NCBI RefSeq assembly: GCF_006345805.1
Contig: NW_021829903.1
Location: 1 to 36,433, forward strand
Direction: 5' to 3'
DNA from: Octopus sinensis
Taxonomy: Eukaryota
DNA length: 36,433 nt
Shown here: positions 1 to 12,347 of the stretch, one piece after another
How the letters are laid out: each line of letters starts with the position of its first letter
Numbering within the stretch: position 1 is the stretch's first letter
Translations under genes and position numbers: made by a program
Notes under the pieces: model-generated
The model's input: the letters and a program-made list of their open reading frames with translations, nothing else
Databases searched by the model: none
Told to the model about the DNA's origin: nothing

Positions 1-350
1 AAAGGAAGAAAGAAAGGGCGAGAGATATGACATGTTAGCTTGGGAAGTTAAGCCGTTGTGGTCGATGAAAAAGGTAGCAATAGTACCAATAATTGTCGGA
101 GCCCTGGGGACAGTGAGCAAAAATCTCGAGAGGTACGTGGAACAAATAGGGGCTGCAATAAGGGTAGAGCACTTGCAGAAAACAGCACTGCTTGGAACCG
201 CTTGAATACTCCGGTAGGTGCTCGAAAAATAAGAGGTGTTACCTTAGTCCACTGATAGCGAACAGCTGACACTGCAGTACATCTCCAGCGTTAGAAGCTG
301 TGCAAAGGCAATAGTAACAATAATGATGATGATGATAATAATGATGATAA
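1..350 (+). mobile_element. 3' end of an R4/Dong-clade non-LTR retrotransposon (restriction-like endonuclease C-terminus, 3' UTR, TAA/TGA-repeat tail), pseudogenised
   Basis: Frame from nt 2 reads KEERKGERYDMLAWEVKPLWSMKKVAIVPIIVGALGTVSKNLERYVEQIGAAIRVEHLQKTALLGTA*ILR*VLEK* (stop 230-232). This matches the R4-type RLE motif KYxxLxxExxxLW...VPIVIGALG...LQKxALLGTARILRKVL. Two premature stops; (AAT/GAT)n tail at about 310-350. Confidence 0.85.
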
Positions 351-689
351 ACACCAATAACAGAAATAGTTTGCTTCATTGAACAAACACGACTGAACTT
401 TTATACATCATGCAATCGCTTTCTAACTTCGTATTCAAATTTACAGCTGTCCGACAAATAATAGAAAGTAATATGATAAACACATTCCGTGTTTGTGATG
501 ACACTTTGTAGTTGAAAAATACATTTGAAATCTCTTCGTACAGTGTTAACATGTACTTGTCTACGTTGTCTGGGGGTGTTTTATCTTAGCTTAACTATGA
601 ACAGCAAACGCATACACGAGAAAATATTGATTTCTCAAATTGGCATAACGCCATAAATTTGTTGGCAAGAGTGTAATCATTGCGATTTC

Positions 690-850
690 ACTCTGTATTT
701 ATTTTACCGACCCCGGAAAGATAAAAAGGGGAAACAGAATCGGTGCTGTTTGTATATAAAGATCAGCACTTGAAGAATACTGGAAGCCACTTGGAATTAT
801 CGTCTGTTGCACTAACGGTTTGGAGATTACACTCCAGCACTCGTTCTTCT
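690..850 (-). mobile_element. Decayed SINE fragment (Deu/Nin-like central domain)
   Basis: ATTTTACCGACCCCGGAAAGATAAAAAGG resembles the reverse of the TTCATCC..GGGGTCGATAAA..AAGTACC block seen in copies at 19.7 and 28.7 kb. Confidence 0.35.
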
Positions 851-1281
851 GCGTGTGTGTGTGTGTGTATGCGTATGTATATATGTATGTATGTGTGTAC
901 GTTTGTATGTATGCATTCTGCATATTTATGTGTTTGTGTGGTTTTATGTATGTGTGTGTCTATTGAAAGGGTTGCAAAGAGCAACGAAAATTTTATTAAG
1001 AATAAATAAGTAAATGAGTGGAAAATTTACCGGTGAGTGTGTTAAATAATAAGGCACTAAAAGAGAATGATTATCCCCAGACACAACAAAGCGTTTGTAA
1101 TCCTTTCGGCTTTCTAAGGCCTCGTGTTTTCATTTTCTTGTTACCATTGCTTTTCTAAGATTGTCAGATTGTCTGGGCTGCGCAAATAGTATTTTCGTGT
1201 AGAAACAGCCCCTGTTTGGCAGGGGGTGCGCATCAGTATTTTTTTTATTGATCTTAACAACTTTCAGGAAAAAATAATATT

Positions 1282-1587
1282 TTGAGAAAGGGGTGTGTGA
1301 ATGTGCTTGGCCTGGGATCAGCTTGCAGGCAAGGTCACTTGATCAATGATCTCAAATCGCTTGATTCAGATGTGGCTGCTCTTAGTGAAACAAGGGTCTC
1401 CGGAAAACACGCTATAGCATCCATTTTCGAGGACTACGAGTTATTTTCCTCTTGTGGTCTATCGGAAGTGGGTGGCGGTATAGCAGTGCTACTCCGGATA
1501 TCCTTAGATCTCCAAGTATAGATTATCTTCTTGGACCCGGATGGTAGAATGGCGGTCCTGGAAGTGAATGGCAGCGAAGGTGGTACC
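1282..1587 (+). mobile_element. L1/Tx1-type LINE apurinic endonuclease N-terminal fragment
   Basis: Reads GCVNVLGL...DVAALSETR...SCGLSEVGGGIAVLLRISLDLQV*IIFLDPDGRMAVLEV, carrying APE motifs NVxGL, xETR, GGVAxL and DxxGR. One in-frame stop. Confidence 0.75.
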
Positions 1588-2082
1588 ATTATTAGGGAGG
1601 AGTTTAGTCGCTACCATAGACTACACTAAATGCCTAGCATTTTATTTTGGTTTATCGATTCCGAAATGATGAAAATTAAAGAACTCAAATCCTAACAAAC
1701 GTGCTTGCGACAAGGATGGCTGTTGACCATTTCCTCAATATCTATAGTAGCGACTAAACTCCTCCCTGATAATTTCTGGCCTTTCTGCTAACATTTTGTA
1801 AAAACAATTATTATTACTAATACTTTTATTCCGATTATCATTAACACTACAATCGCCATATTGAAAGTCATTCAAATAAACAGCTGTTGGGTTTATTCGC
1901 AGTTTTCTATTTCAGCTGTTCAGATTTAGGCTGCATTCTATAAAAATACATAATAATTAATTTACTGTGCATTCGAATAACCGATAATATGCAAATGAGA
2001 AGCTCTTATTAATTAGTATCTTGGTAAGCTACTGTTATATATAAGTGACTACTTCTCTGAGAGGTCGAAGAATAAGGATGCG

Positions 2083-2129
2083 TCTTTTCCGATGGCGTAG
2101 CGATCATAGCTGAAACATCAGTCAGAGGA
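2083..2129 (+). ncRNA. Degenerate minimal type I hammerhead ribozyme remnant
   Basis: TCTTTT (2083-88) can pair with AGAGGA (2124-29). Core is CCGATGG instead of CUGAUGA. Imperfect GC(G)TA/TAGC stem II. GAAAC-ATCA-GTC at 2112-2123. Confidence 0.4.
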
Positions 2130-2314
2130 TTCTCAATTAGTTTTCTGTTTACTTATTACAACATATTGGAACAATATGACGTTTGCATATCGTCCGTAAT
2201 CTTCACGGTTAATAGCTTCTAAATCAATAACAGATTTATTTACGTTGTAAATGTTTCAAATATGCTGATTTGATTTTTCTCTGTTCTCTGTGTCTCCGTA
2301 TATATCTCACTCTT

Positions 2315-2645
2315 TGTATGTATGTATGTATGTATGTATGTATGTATGTATGTATGTATGTATGTATGTATGTATGTATGTATGTATGTATGTATGTATG
2401 TATGTATGTATGTATGTATGTATGTGTGCATGTATGTATGTATGAATGTGTGTATGTATGTATGTATGTATGTATGTGTATGTATGTATGTATGTGTGTA
2501 TGTATGTATGTATGTATGTATTCATGTATGCATGCATGTATGTGTGTGTACACACACACACACACATATATATATGTATGTATGTAAGTATATATATATA
2601 TGTAGGTATACGTGTATATATGTATGTGTGTATGTATGTGTGTGT
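2315..2645. repeat. (TATG)n microsatellite decaying into TG/TA repeats
   Basis: Tandem TATG/GTAT units seen directly. Confidence 0.98.
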
Positions 2646-2813
2646 GCAAGCACATCAGTCGAAATCCGTCTTTTGCTGGTTTCTCAAATTTAAGTTAAAT
2701 CAGTGTTTCACAAAGGGGAGGTCTATGGGACGGTCGGACAAGTTTTTTTGAGAAAATGCGGTTTAAATGTTTGACAACTCTTCACCGTCCATTGGACGGG
2801 GGGCATTTTGCTC

Positions 2814-2850
<37 letters not shown>

Positions 2851-3414
2851 CACAACACACACATATTCTTTTGTGGGGAATGAATACTGAGCACAGATAA
2901 AACTATAAATAACAGCATGTAAATATCGTGGGCAGAAAAAGCCAAGGGCCTGGCATGCCCACAAGAGATGTGGTTTCGAATCTCACGGGCAGCCTTCACT
3001 TTCTCTATTCAAAAGGGCTTTTCGACCCAATGTTTATATGCTATTTTCTTTAGCTTTATAAGCACTTCGAGAGCCATTCCGAGAAAAGAATTATTTCTCG
3101 ATTTCTGGAATGTTTTGAAATACTTACCAAGTCAACAATATCTATTTGTGTGTGTATGTGTGTATTTGTGTATGTGTGTGCGTGTGTGCATGTGTGTGTG
3201 CGTGTGTGCATGTGTGTGTGCGTGCGTTGACATATATTATACATCTATATATTTACAGATATGTGTGGTTTGTTGGAAAGGAAATCCAGTGTTAAGTACC
3301 AGCTATCAATAACCATTTTATATTGACTCTGACAGATCTGTCAACTTTCTTATTTCTTACTCTCATTGTTTCTCTCATTCTTTCTATGTACATATCTTTA
3401 TATCGCTCCCTCCT

Positions 3415-3457
<43 letters not shown>

Positions 3458-4011
3458 ATTTGTCTACCTATTTGTCTATCCTTTAATGGACACATACATG
3501 CTGAGTTCGTGTAGGCGTTAATACGTAGCAATTTCTAGAGTGCTTCTGTTAGTGTTAATATCTTTGTAGCTGTGAGAGTATATATGTATACATAGGTGTA
3601 ATTGGTTTTATTTGATCAGTGTGTATGTGTATGTGTGTGTGTGTGTGTGTGTGAATGTTCATTTGTGTTTGTTTTAAAACAAGTTTCAGAATAAAAATAT
3701 TACATTTGCATTTACAGAGTCTCCATACTAGAATAGACGAACGTATTAAAATTAGATTATAAAAAAGGTTTTAACTGTGAAACCGAATTGTGTAATAAAT
3801 ACGCATGTATGTATGTATAAATGTATGTGTGTGTGTGTGAATAGTTTACATGTGGGTGCGTGCCCATGAATGCCTATAGATGTATGTATGATATATGTAT
3901 GGCAAACCTGGAGTTTCATCTACGACAGGAATCCTTGGTTTCTCGCAGAAGACGAAAATTGTTGAACATTTGTCAATGTCAGTCATTGAGCACGCTAGAA
4001 GCTATGCTCTC

Positions 4012-4296
4012 ACACACACATGCATACATGCATACATACATATATACATACATACATACTTTCATACATACATACATACATACATACATACATACATACA
4101 TACATACATGTATACATACTTTCATACATACATACATACATACTTACATACATACATATATACATGCATACATACTTTCATACATACATACGTACATACA
4201 TACATATATACATGCATACATACATACATGTATACATACTTTCATACATACATACATACATACATACATACATACATACATACATACATGCATATA

Positions 4297-4330
<34 letters not shown>

Positions 4331-4416
4331 CATGCATACATATATACATACATACATACTTTCATACAAACGTACGTACATACATACATACATACATACA
4401 TACATACATACATACA

Positions 4417-4452
<36 letters not shown>

Positions 4453-4512
4453 TGCATACATATATACATGCATACATACTGTCATACATACATACATACA
4501 TATATACATGCA
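4012..4512. repeat. (CATA)n microsatellite with recurrent variant units (higher-order structure)
   Basis: CATA array with recurring CATACTTTCATA, CATG and TATA variants. Confidence 0.97.
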
Positions 4513-5052
4513 TGGAAATTGTTGCAAAACAAAAGACTATGCAAAATTAAAAATTTTATGAAAGGAATACGAGAAAGCCGTGGCATGGTTTATTTTGTTA
4601 ACCGTAAAAGTAACTTAGGAATGTTTCACGCATTCCTGTAGGGTGTACATATTTTTGTACCGTTTAGAAATTAATATTTCGTTCAAATCTTTGAAAATGT
4701 TTATTGTTTTGTGTTCCAAATTTCTATAATGTTTGCATGTCATGTATAATACATTTTTCATTCAGTATAAATTTCATTTGCTTTCCTTCGCTATTATCAG
4801 AATAATGGCAATTTTACTGAAAAGTTTTAAGGATGGTGTACTACATACTTCTGTGAGATACTCTATATATACATACATATGTGTATATATATGTATTATA
4901 TATATATATATATATTATATATATATATATATATAGATATATAGATATATATATATATTATATTATATATATATATATATATATATATGCATATACGACG
5001 AGCTTATATTTACATACAAACATGCATATATATATATGTGTGGTGGGGTATA

Positions 5053-5397
5053 CGAGGGTGAGCCAAAAAGAGTTATGGGCTATCATCGTCACTCGACTAT
5101 CATCTCTTCGACTCATGAAAGAGGGTTATTTGAGAGGCAAACATTATTCCAGTGATGAGGAAGTGAAAACTGTAGTGAAGAGGTGGCTCAAAGAACGGTC
5201 AACATAATTTTATGGGACAAGGATACATGATATTATTCGAAGGTGGAACATTGCTATTGAGAGAAACGGTGACTATGTTGAGAAGTAAAGTTGTGATCCA
5301 CAGAGGACCAGCTTCATTTTGATGTATGATACATGTTCCTGTGTTGGTGATTATACCTGTCCTAAACAAAATGGCATTACTTTTTGGCTCGCCCTTA
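5053..5397 (+). mobile_element. Internally deleted mariner (DD34D) element, about 345 bp, with both TIRs and TA target duplication
   Basis: Left TA|CGAGGGTGAGCCAAAAAG; right end reverse-complement TA|TAAGGGCGAGCCAAAAAGT. Interior encodes DYHLFDSMKEGYLRGKHYSSDEEVKTVVKRWLKERST*FYGTRIHDIIRRWNIAIERNGDYVEK*, a mariner transposase C-terminus. Confidence 0.9.
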
Positions 5398-5404
5398 TAT
5401 ATAC

Positions 5405-5577
5405 GATTTCAACGAAAAAACTCCAGATATGTTTTGACACCCAAACAGAAGATAAATTGTTTTAACTTCAAATTTTTATAAAATTTTACTAATATTTGCT
5501 AAGATGAGATTCGTCATCCAAACCTGATATATTCTGTTTGGGTGTCAAAACACGTCTGGAGTTTTTACGTTGAAGTC
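5405..5577. mobile_element. MITE-like fold-back element with 46-bp terminal inverted repeats
   Basis: 5405-5450 versus the reverse complement of 5532-5577: 42/46 identical by eye. AT-rich 81-bp spacer; TA near both ends. Confidence 0.82.
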
Positions 5578-5709
5578 TACTTTAAATATAATTTGGTATA
5601 GAGCTGAAGGTCCCAGAGCGAGAGAGGTGAGGTGTAGTCGTCTATTGTCTAAAAAGTCTCTGTGTCTTCCAGTGGCTTAAACGCATTTATTGAATGAGTT
5701 TTATGTCCA

Positions 5710-6205
5710 CCTGTGTGTGAGCGTGTATGTGTGTATGCGTGGGTGTTTATTGTGTTGAATGTCCTTTCAATATGTTTGAAATGTGACCAGCTGTGTGTTC
5801 GTGGGTGTGTATGTTGCGATGAACGTCTTGTTAAAGAAAGAATTAGGAGTTTCCTTCTTTTGGGTGTGGGTTTGATGTTTGCTTTTGAGTATCTCCACCT
5901 GTGTGTATGTGTGTGTGTGAGTCTTTGTGCGTGCAGACGTGTGTATGTGTTTTTTGGGATGTGTGTATGCGCTTTTGTGAATGTGTGCGCTTGTGTGTGT
6001 GTGCGTGTGTGTGTGTGCAGCGGTGTGTGTGTGTTACAGAGGTGTATGTATGCAGAGGTGTGTGCGTGCAGAAGTGTGCGTGTGCAGAGGTGTTTCTTAT
6101 GATGCTTTCTTTTGCATATATGTGTGTGTGTGTGTAGCTTTGTGTATCTGTGCAGACGTGTGTGTTTGTGTGTGTATGTGTGTATGTGTGTGCGTGTTAT
6201 CTACA
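5710..6205. repeat. Degenerate (GT)n-rich tract
   Basis: Interrupted TG/GT dinucleotide runs. Confidence 0.9.
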
Positions 6206-7019
6206 TAAAACTACGTTTACATAGTAACCTTTTCGTTTGTTGCCCTCCAGATTTAGTTACTGAACAGAAATGATGGCTCATAAAACAATAAAAGTCAATA
6301 AGTATAGACATACAGAGATATGAAATATATCTATATGCTCAAACCTACTGACTTACAATGATATTTTATTATAAATATTTTTGTTATGTAATGTATTTAT
6401 ATTGTGTGAATATTCTAACAATCATTTCAGTTACGTAATTGTTGTATTGTGAGCGTTTTGTACGCACATGCGAAGTTCTATCAATCAATGATATAATTAA
6501 TATATACACACACACATTATATATATATATGTATGTCTGTGTGTGTGTATAGATAACTATTTGTCTATCTACCTCTCTATGTATCTATCTATCAATCTAT
6601 CAATCTATATATAAATATATATATATAGACAGAGAGATAGATATAGATATATACATACATACACACATACATATATATATATATATAGACATGTATGTAT
6701 ATATGTATGCATATGTGTGTGCTTGGGAACAATAAAAAAAAGTTGAAATCGATCCACATGTATAAAAATATAAAAATAATTAACATAAGGAAGATTTGAC
6801 ATTTTATGGTTGTAGGACATTCACCTACACACGCCAGTAACAGCAGTTACACTCGATAATTCGATGTACGAGACAAATTGACCGTCTGAAAAAGAGGAAA
6901 TTCACCGAGGACAGCCCTAACTGAGCCGATCAATATATCTGTGTTGATATACGAACTGTATTTCCTTTTCTCGCGTAGAGTCACTCTAAATGCTGAGTTC
7001 CATAGCACTTTCTCTCTTT

Positions 7020-7067
<48 letters not shown>

Positions 7068-7099
7068 CTTTCTCTTCCTATCTTGCATAAAGAACATCC

Positions 7100-7515
7100 T
7101 GAGCACAGCTAGAACTGCATTCCCGAGACTAGCCCTTCTCTTCAGGGCGAGAGGGATATTTTAGCCTCTAATAACTTCAGACTCTCTGCAAGGCTCAAAA
7201 AATTAACTAAAATAGGAACTTCGACAATATACACACTGCCATGCGGAACCGCAAGGAAGGTCTGTTCGACTGGTAAGTATTGAATCACTAATGGACCCCT
7301 TCCAGCGTTTTGCCAACAGGCGGGTTGTCTTTCGCCGTCATTTTATTACTGGGAGAACAGTTTACTCCAAGGGCCTTTGCTTCTCAGAGATAGCGGGTCT
7401 TGTAGTTCCACCGCTTTGGCATCCTCCACCTCCTTGCTCTCTACCTCTTATACACCTCATTCTGTGCAACTTCTACGACCCCGAGTCCGGACTACCCACT
7501 ATGATCAATAGTTTC
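7100..7515 (-). mobile_element. Possible heavily decayed R4-type retrotransposon zinc-knuckle/RLE fragment
   Basis: Across frameshifts the minus strand gives ETIDH, AQNE(V)YKR, AKAV, NRP, VYIVEVP and LKYP. The order is compatible with R4 ETIDHxxSGCxxLAQxEYKxRH...RPD...KY. Many indels, so the call is uncertain. Confidence 0.35.
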
Positions 7516-7925
7516 TTCTCAGAATATCGGTACTTAGGGATCTCCCAGGCCTTCCCTGTATGTGTTGATCTGCGATATTTGAAAAGAAACGTTAGCGGTA
7601 TCAATTACACTTTCATGGGCCTCCAAGTGCCGTAGACACTATCTCTTTGTCTAGAAAAAGCATGTAAAACACAACAAATATACCAAATATATAATAAGTA
7701 ACATGTGTTTTCGGAGTCACGCTGACATTCATTTTAAAATCAATAATTCATTATCTATTCTACGAGTGCAGATACTTACAGGTATATTCTATCGCATAAC
7801 AAAAAAAAATTGTCTGTTTGCATGAATTAAGAAGACTATTAACACAGGAACGCACGTACGCACACACGTATATATATATATGTGTGTGTGTATGTGTGTG
7901 TGCATTTGTGTGTTTGTGTGTTGAA

Positions 7926-8212
7926 GGCGCATGGCTCAGTGGTTAGAGCGTCGAGCTTACGATCGTGAGGTTGTAAGCTCGAATCCCGGAGCGGGCTGCG
8001 TGTTGTGTTCTTGAGCAAGACACTTTCTTTCACCTTGCTCCAGTTCACTCAGATATAGAAATGAGTTGCTACGTCACAGGTGCCAAGTTTTATCGGCCCC
8101 TTTGCCTTTCCCTTGGATAACATCAGTGGTGTGGAGAGGATAGGCTGGTATGCATGGGCGACTGCTGATCTTGTGCCGTGAAGGGTATCTTTCTAGGTGC
8201 AATCCCATGGTC
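7926..8212 (+). mobile_element. tRNA-derived SINE with CORE-like domain
   Basis: A-box TGGCTCAGTGGTT, B-box GCTCGAATCCC, then TGTGTTCTTGAGCAAGACACTT (CORE-like). Head homologous to 35889-36072. Confidence 0.85.
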
Positions 8213-8499
8213 TCCCCATATAAATATATATATATCTATATATCTATCTATCCATCTATATATATATATATATATATAATTATTTAACAATTAAGGATAA
8301 CTTCTTAATAAGGAATCTTAACAAGAAATTATCAGATAGATAGCGTGAAAAACCTCATAAGAGAAAAATTTCGAAAATAATTCTTTCTTATTGAACATAT
8401 TAATTTATATATAGAGGGCATTATTACACATTATTGGGTATGATTAGTAAAATTTTTGGGTAGAAATGACTAATGTCCCTCTTAGCGTGTGGCATGTAT

Positions 8500-8937
8500 G
8501 TGTAATAATGCCCTCTATATATAAAATATATATAATATATATATATATATATATAATATATATTATATATAATATGTATATATTATATGCAATACACACA
8601 AAAACGTATATATATATTATATATACATATATGCATACATACATACATACATACATACATACATACATACGTACATACATACATACATACCTACATACAT
8701 ACGTACATAAATACATACATACACATACATGCATACATACATACATACATACATACATACATACATACATACATACATACATACATACATACATGCATAC
8801 ATACATATATACCTCCAGAAGTCAAACACGTGTAGTATGAAACAGCCGGGCGGAAAGACATACATAAAATGCACTGAATGCACAGAACAAACAGAGGAGG
8901 TCACCAACTCCTGTGTGTATGAATGCATGTATATCAG

Positions 8938-8983
<46 letters not shown>

Positions 8984-9040
8984 TGTATGTATGTATGCAT
9001 GTATGTATGTATGTATGTATATTTATATGTATATATATAA
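8500..9040. repeat. Compound (TA)/(CATA)/(GT)/(TATG) microsatellites around a short unique island (about 8813-8912)
   Basis: Seen directly. Confidence 0.95.
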
Positions 9041-9469
9041 ATAGTGTTAGGTGTGATGTACAGAATTGAATATTAGATGTATATAAATATACGAATATAT
9101 TGATTGATTGATTGGTTTTATACAGAGAGATTAAATCAATTTGAAACCAATTTACACTTTAGAGAAAATACAATAAACCTTTGTATAGAGAACAATACTT
9201 ACTAGAAAACGTTTTTATTTAGGTTATTCCCCTACGCACTTCAGTGACCCCAATGGCATTTCTAGTTTCTATCTCCACATGTTGTCAAAGAGACGAAGAA
9301 ACAAAGAAGGAAGTTATATAAAATTGAATATCTAATCGAGTTTCTACTTTGGGTAAAAGTTAAAATTCACTTTCAAATCATGATTTTCAGTCCGTTTTTT
9401 AAAGCATACATACGAAGTTTTCTATTTAATATAATATAGCGTAGAATAAAATTACACAATTTGTTCCCA

Positions 9470-9540
<71 letters not shown>

Positions 9541-9549
9541 TATATATAT

Positions 9550-9586
<37 letters not shown>

Positions 9587-9720
9587 CTGCCTATCTATCT
9601 ATTTATCTATCTATTTATTTATCTGTCTATCTATTTCATTGCCACTCGATCCATGTACCTGTCTGTCTTCTATTTATATTTCAATATGCTTATATGCATA
9701 TTGAAATATATATATATATA

Positions 9721-9756
<36 letters not shown>

Positions 9757-9768
9757 AGATAGATAGAT

Positions 9769-9829
<61 letters not shown>

Positions 9830-9960
9830 GAGATATATGCATATATATGTATATATATAATGTATATATATATATTATAATATAATATATATTATATATA
9901 TATATATATATATGCATGTATGTACATATGTATGCTTACGTATGTAAGTATGAATGTATG
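9470..9960. repeat. Compound (CTAT)n-(TA)n ... (TA)n-(GATA)n microsatellite block
   Basis: Seen directly. Confidence 0.95.
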
Positions 9961-9989
9961 TATGCGCGTGGACGCGTACGTACACTTAC

Positions 9990-10100
9990 ACACAAGGACT
10001 CGTGAAGTACAATCACTCTTGGAAAATATTAGCTGTTCATTGATACGAGAAGCAATATTGTCTATAAGTGCCATCCACGTTAATGGATGTCTCATGCCAA
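9990..10100 (-). CDS. Weak candidate internal exon (111 nt, phase 1-1), product unknown
   Basis: TATTCCAG acceptor and GTAAGT donor (9989-9984). Open frame GMRHPLTWMALIDNIASRINEQLIFSKSDCTSRVLV. No homology recognised. Confidence 0.22.
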
Positions 10101-10524
10101 CTGGAATATGCACTGATGTTGTAACATGCCTCAGCATTTGCAGGAATCCACTTTTCAACAACGCATTTGGCTCTCATCTCTCTCCGTTAAACTTTACGTC
10201 ACCGTTGAAAGTTAACAATCTCGAATAGCTACGCCTTATGAACAAAGCATCTTACGTTATTCACTCACTTATTGTAAGACGTACAGAAAGACACACCACG
10301 TACGCGAAAGTATATACACCCTCACGAACTTACAGACACATGCACACATACATACCTGTCAGTTCTTAAGGGTTCTTTCAGTCAAACTACCATTCAACTC
10401 CGCAAAAGTTTCCTTATTTTAGTAAATCCTGCCTGTGTTGTATATCTTCCTTTGATATTCTCCTCCATGTCTCGACCCTTATGGTCAGTCATAATTGTCA
10501 TTATTATTATTATTGAGGTTGTTT

Positions 10525-10560
<36 letters not shown>

Positions 10561-10585
10561 TTTGTTGTTGCTGTTTTTGTTGTTG

Positions 10586-10775
10586 AGGCGGCGGGCTGGC
10601 ATGATCATTACCACGCACGGACGAAGTGTCTAGCAGGATTTTTTCTGATCTTATATTCTCGGTTCAAATTCCGCCATGGTTGACTACCATTCTCTAACGG
10701 TCAGCAAGATAACTACTCATCGACCACCGGAGTCGATGTCATCGACTTACCCCTCCCCCCGAAATTGCTAGCCTC
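10586..10775 (+). mobile_element. Decayed tRNA-derived SINE (Deu/Nin-like family)
   Basis: GGCGGGCTGGCA...GGTTCAAATTCCGCC...GTCGATGTCATCGACTTACCCC; homologous to copies at 19630 and 28599. Confidence 0.65.
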
Positions 10776-10789
10776 CTCTCAAAATTTGA

Positions 10790-10970
10790 TCATCATCCGT
10801 CTGTCGACCGAGTCTGTAATGATGATCGCACCGCCACCCACCTTCAACCGGGCAAGCAAGACAGTTTTCCTTTGCCTGGTGGCTGTGGCGAAAGAGGTTC
10901 TCTGGTTGACAAAGCTGAAAGGCAAGAGTACAGATACAGTCCTCTTTTGTAATGCTTTGGTATTTGTATT
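10790..10970 (+). mobile_element. L1/Tx1-type ORF2 C-terminal fragment
   Basis: LSTESVMMIAPPPTFNRASKTVFLCLVAVAKEVLWLTKLKGK resembles the Tx1 terminal motif LxLVAVAKxxIWxxR. Confidence 0.55.
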
Positions 10971-11015
10971 TCCACCACATCCTTCGCCCTTGTGACGAGT
11001 AAATGAAATCATGGC

Positions 11016-11016
<1 letters not shown>

Positions 11017-11049
<33 letters not shown>

Positions 11050-11200
11050 GAGTGAGAGAGCAGTGTATGCCATCAAAGTGACACTGGGGTAAAATATACG
11101 AAGCCCAGTATACCCATCATGACTACCCGTCTGATAAGGGTACACCAGGCACATGCATCACAACCATATGTGCGCGACATGGTGATCTCATATGAAATAA
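11017..11200 (-). mobile_element. Short interspersed retroelement 3' end with (AAT)n tail
   Basis: About 150-bp GC-richer body ending in a pure (AAT)n run (11017-11049) on the minus strand. Family not identified. Confidence 0.5.
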
Positions 11201-12003
11201 TTTCGTACAGACTTAAAAAAAAAAAAGGTTACATTCTGGAACATGTGGCACTAAGAATACTTTACCAAAAGAAAAGTCGGTGAAAACTGCCACGTGATGG
11301 ATTGTTAGGAAATGTTCATAAATGAATGCAAATCTTGTTTCACTGTTGACTTCCTCCAGCATTTTTTTTCTTTTTTCTCTCTTTTTCTTTTCTTACTTTT
11401 TTTTTTTGTAAAATACTATTTCATTAAATTAGAACCAAAAATGGTTCTCAGGTTTGCCCGGGGTCTCAGAAAGTACAGACGTAATAAAAACTGGAAAGCG
11501 CTTCATCCAATAGTCAGACGACTGCGCCGATCCGCCAACATCACCACTGCCACCACTTCTGAATAGGTTCCTTATTTTAACAACTCTAGAATGATAAAAA
11601 AAGCAATATCGACTGACCACAGCGAGGTTGAAAGTTCGGATATAAAGATCCAGAAGAGATATGCAAGATATTTTGGCCGGCGCCCTTAGGGTTCTTCCAA
11701 TTCGCTGTTGTAATCTCCACCATAATAAACAGTTGCACAAACTCCACAACCATCTACGCAGTCACTACAAGTTCTACAACAACAACCACAACCACTAAAA
11801 ATGGTCATCATGGATAAACAGCTGCAGAATCATGGTCACAACTAACACAACAACCACTGCACTTACAATGCAATAAACTAGTGACATTGGAATCAAACCG
11901 TAGACGACAACAACAACAACAACAACAATAGCCTTGTAGTGATAGACACAGTACTACACCCACCACGATCACCCTCGGTAATACAGCATCAAGAAGTCTA
12001 ACT

Positions 12004-12347
12004 ATGTTCGTGATGACGGTGATGACGACGACGACGACGATGATGATGACGATGATGATGGTGATGATGATGACGATGGCGATGATGATGATGATGATGA
12101 TGATGACTACGACGACGACGATGATAGTGATGAGGATGATGGCGATGACGACGATGACGATGATGAAGATGATGACGATGACGATGATGACGATGATGAC
12201 GATGATGATGATGATGACTACGGCGACGACGACGATGATGATGATGATGATGGTAATGACGACGATGACGATGATGCCGATGATGACGATGACGATGATG
12301 ATGATGACGACGACGACGACGATGATGATGATGATGATGATGATGAT
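12004..12347. repeat. (GAT/GAC)n trinucleotide repeat
   Basis: Seen directly; source of the poly-His and poly-Met ORFs. Confidence 0.97.

Noticed and set aside
2935-3000. tRNA-like T-loop GGTTTCGAATCTC
   Set aside because: No cloverleaf or A-box could be built; not a tRNA gene.
2236-4641. Long ORFs rich in YIHT/MYVC (up to 248 aa), and similar ones at 8.4-9.0, 20.5-22.9 and 30-32 kb
   Set aside because: They are translations of stop-free microsatellites, with no coding signature.
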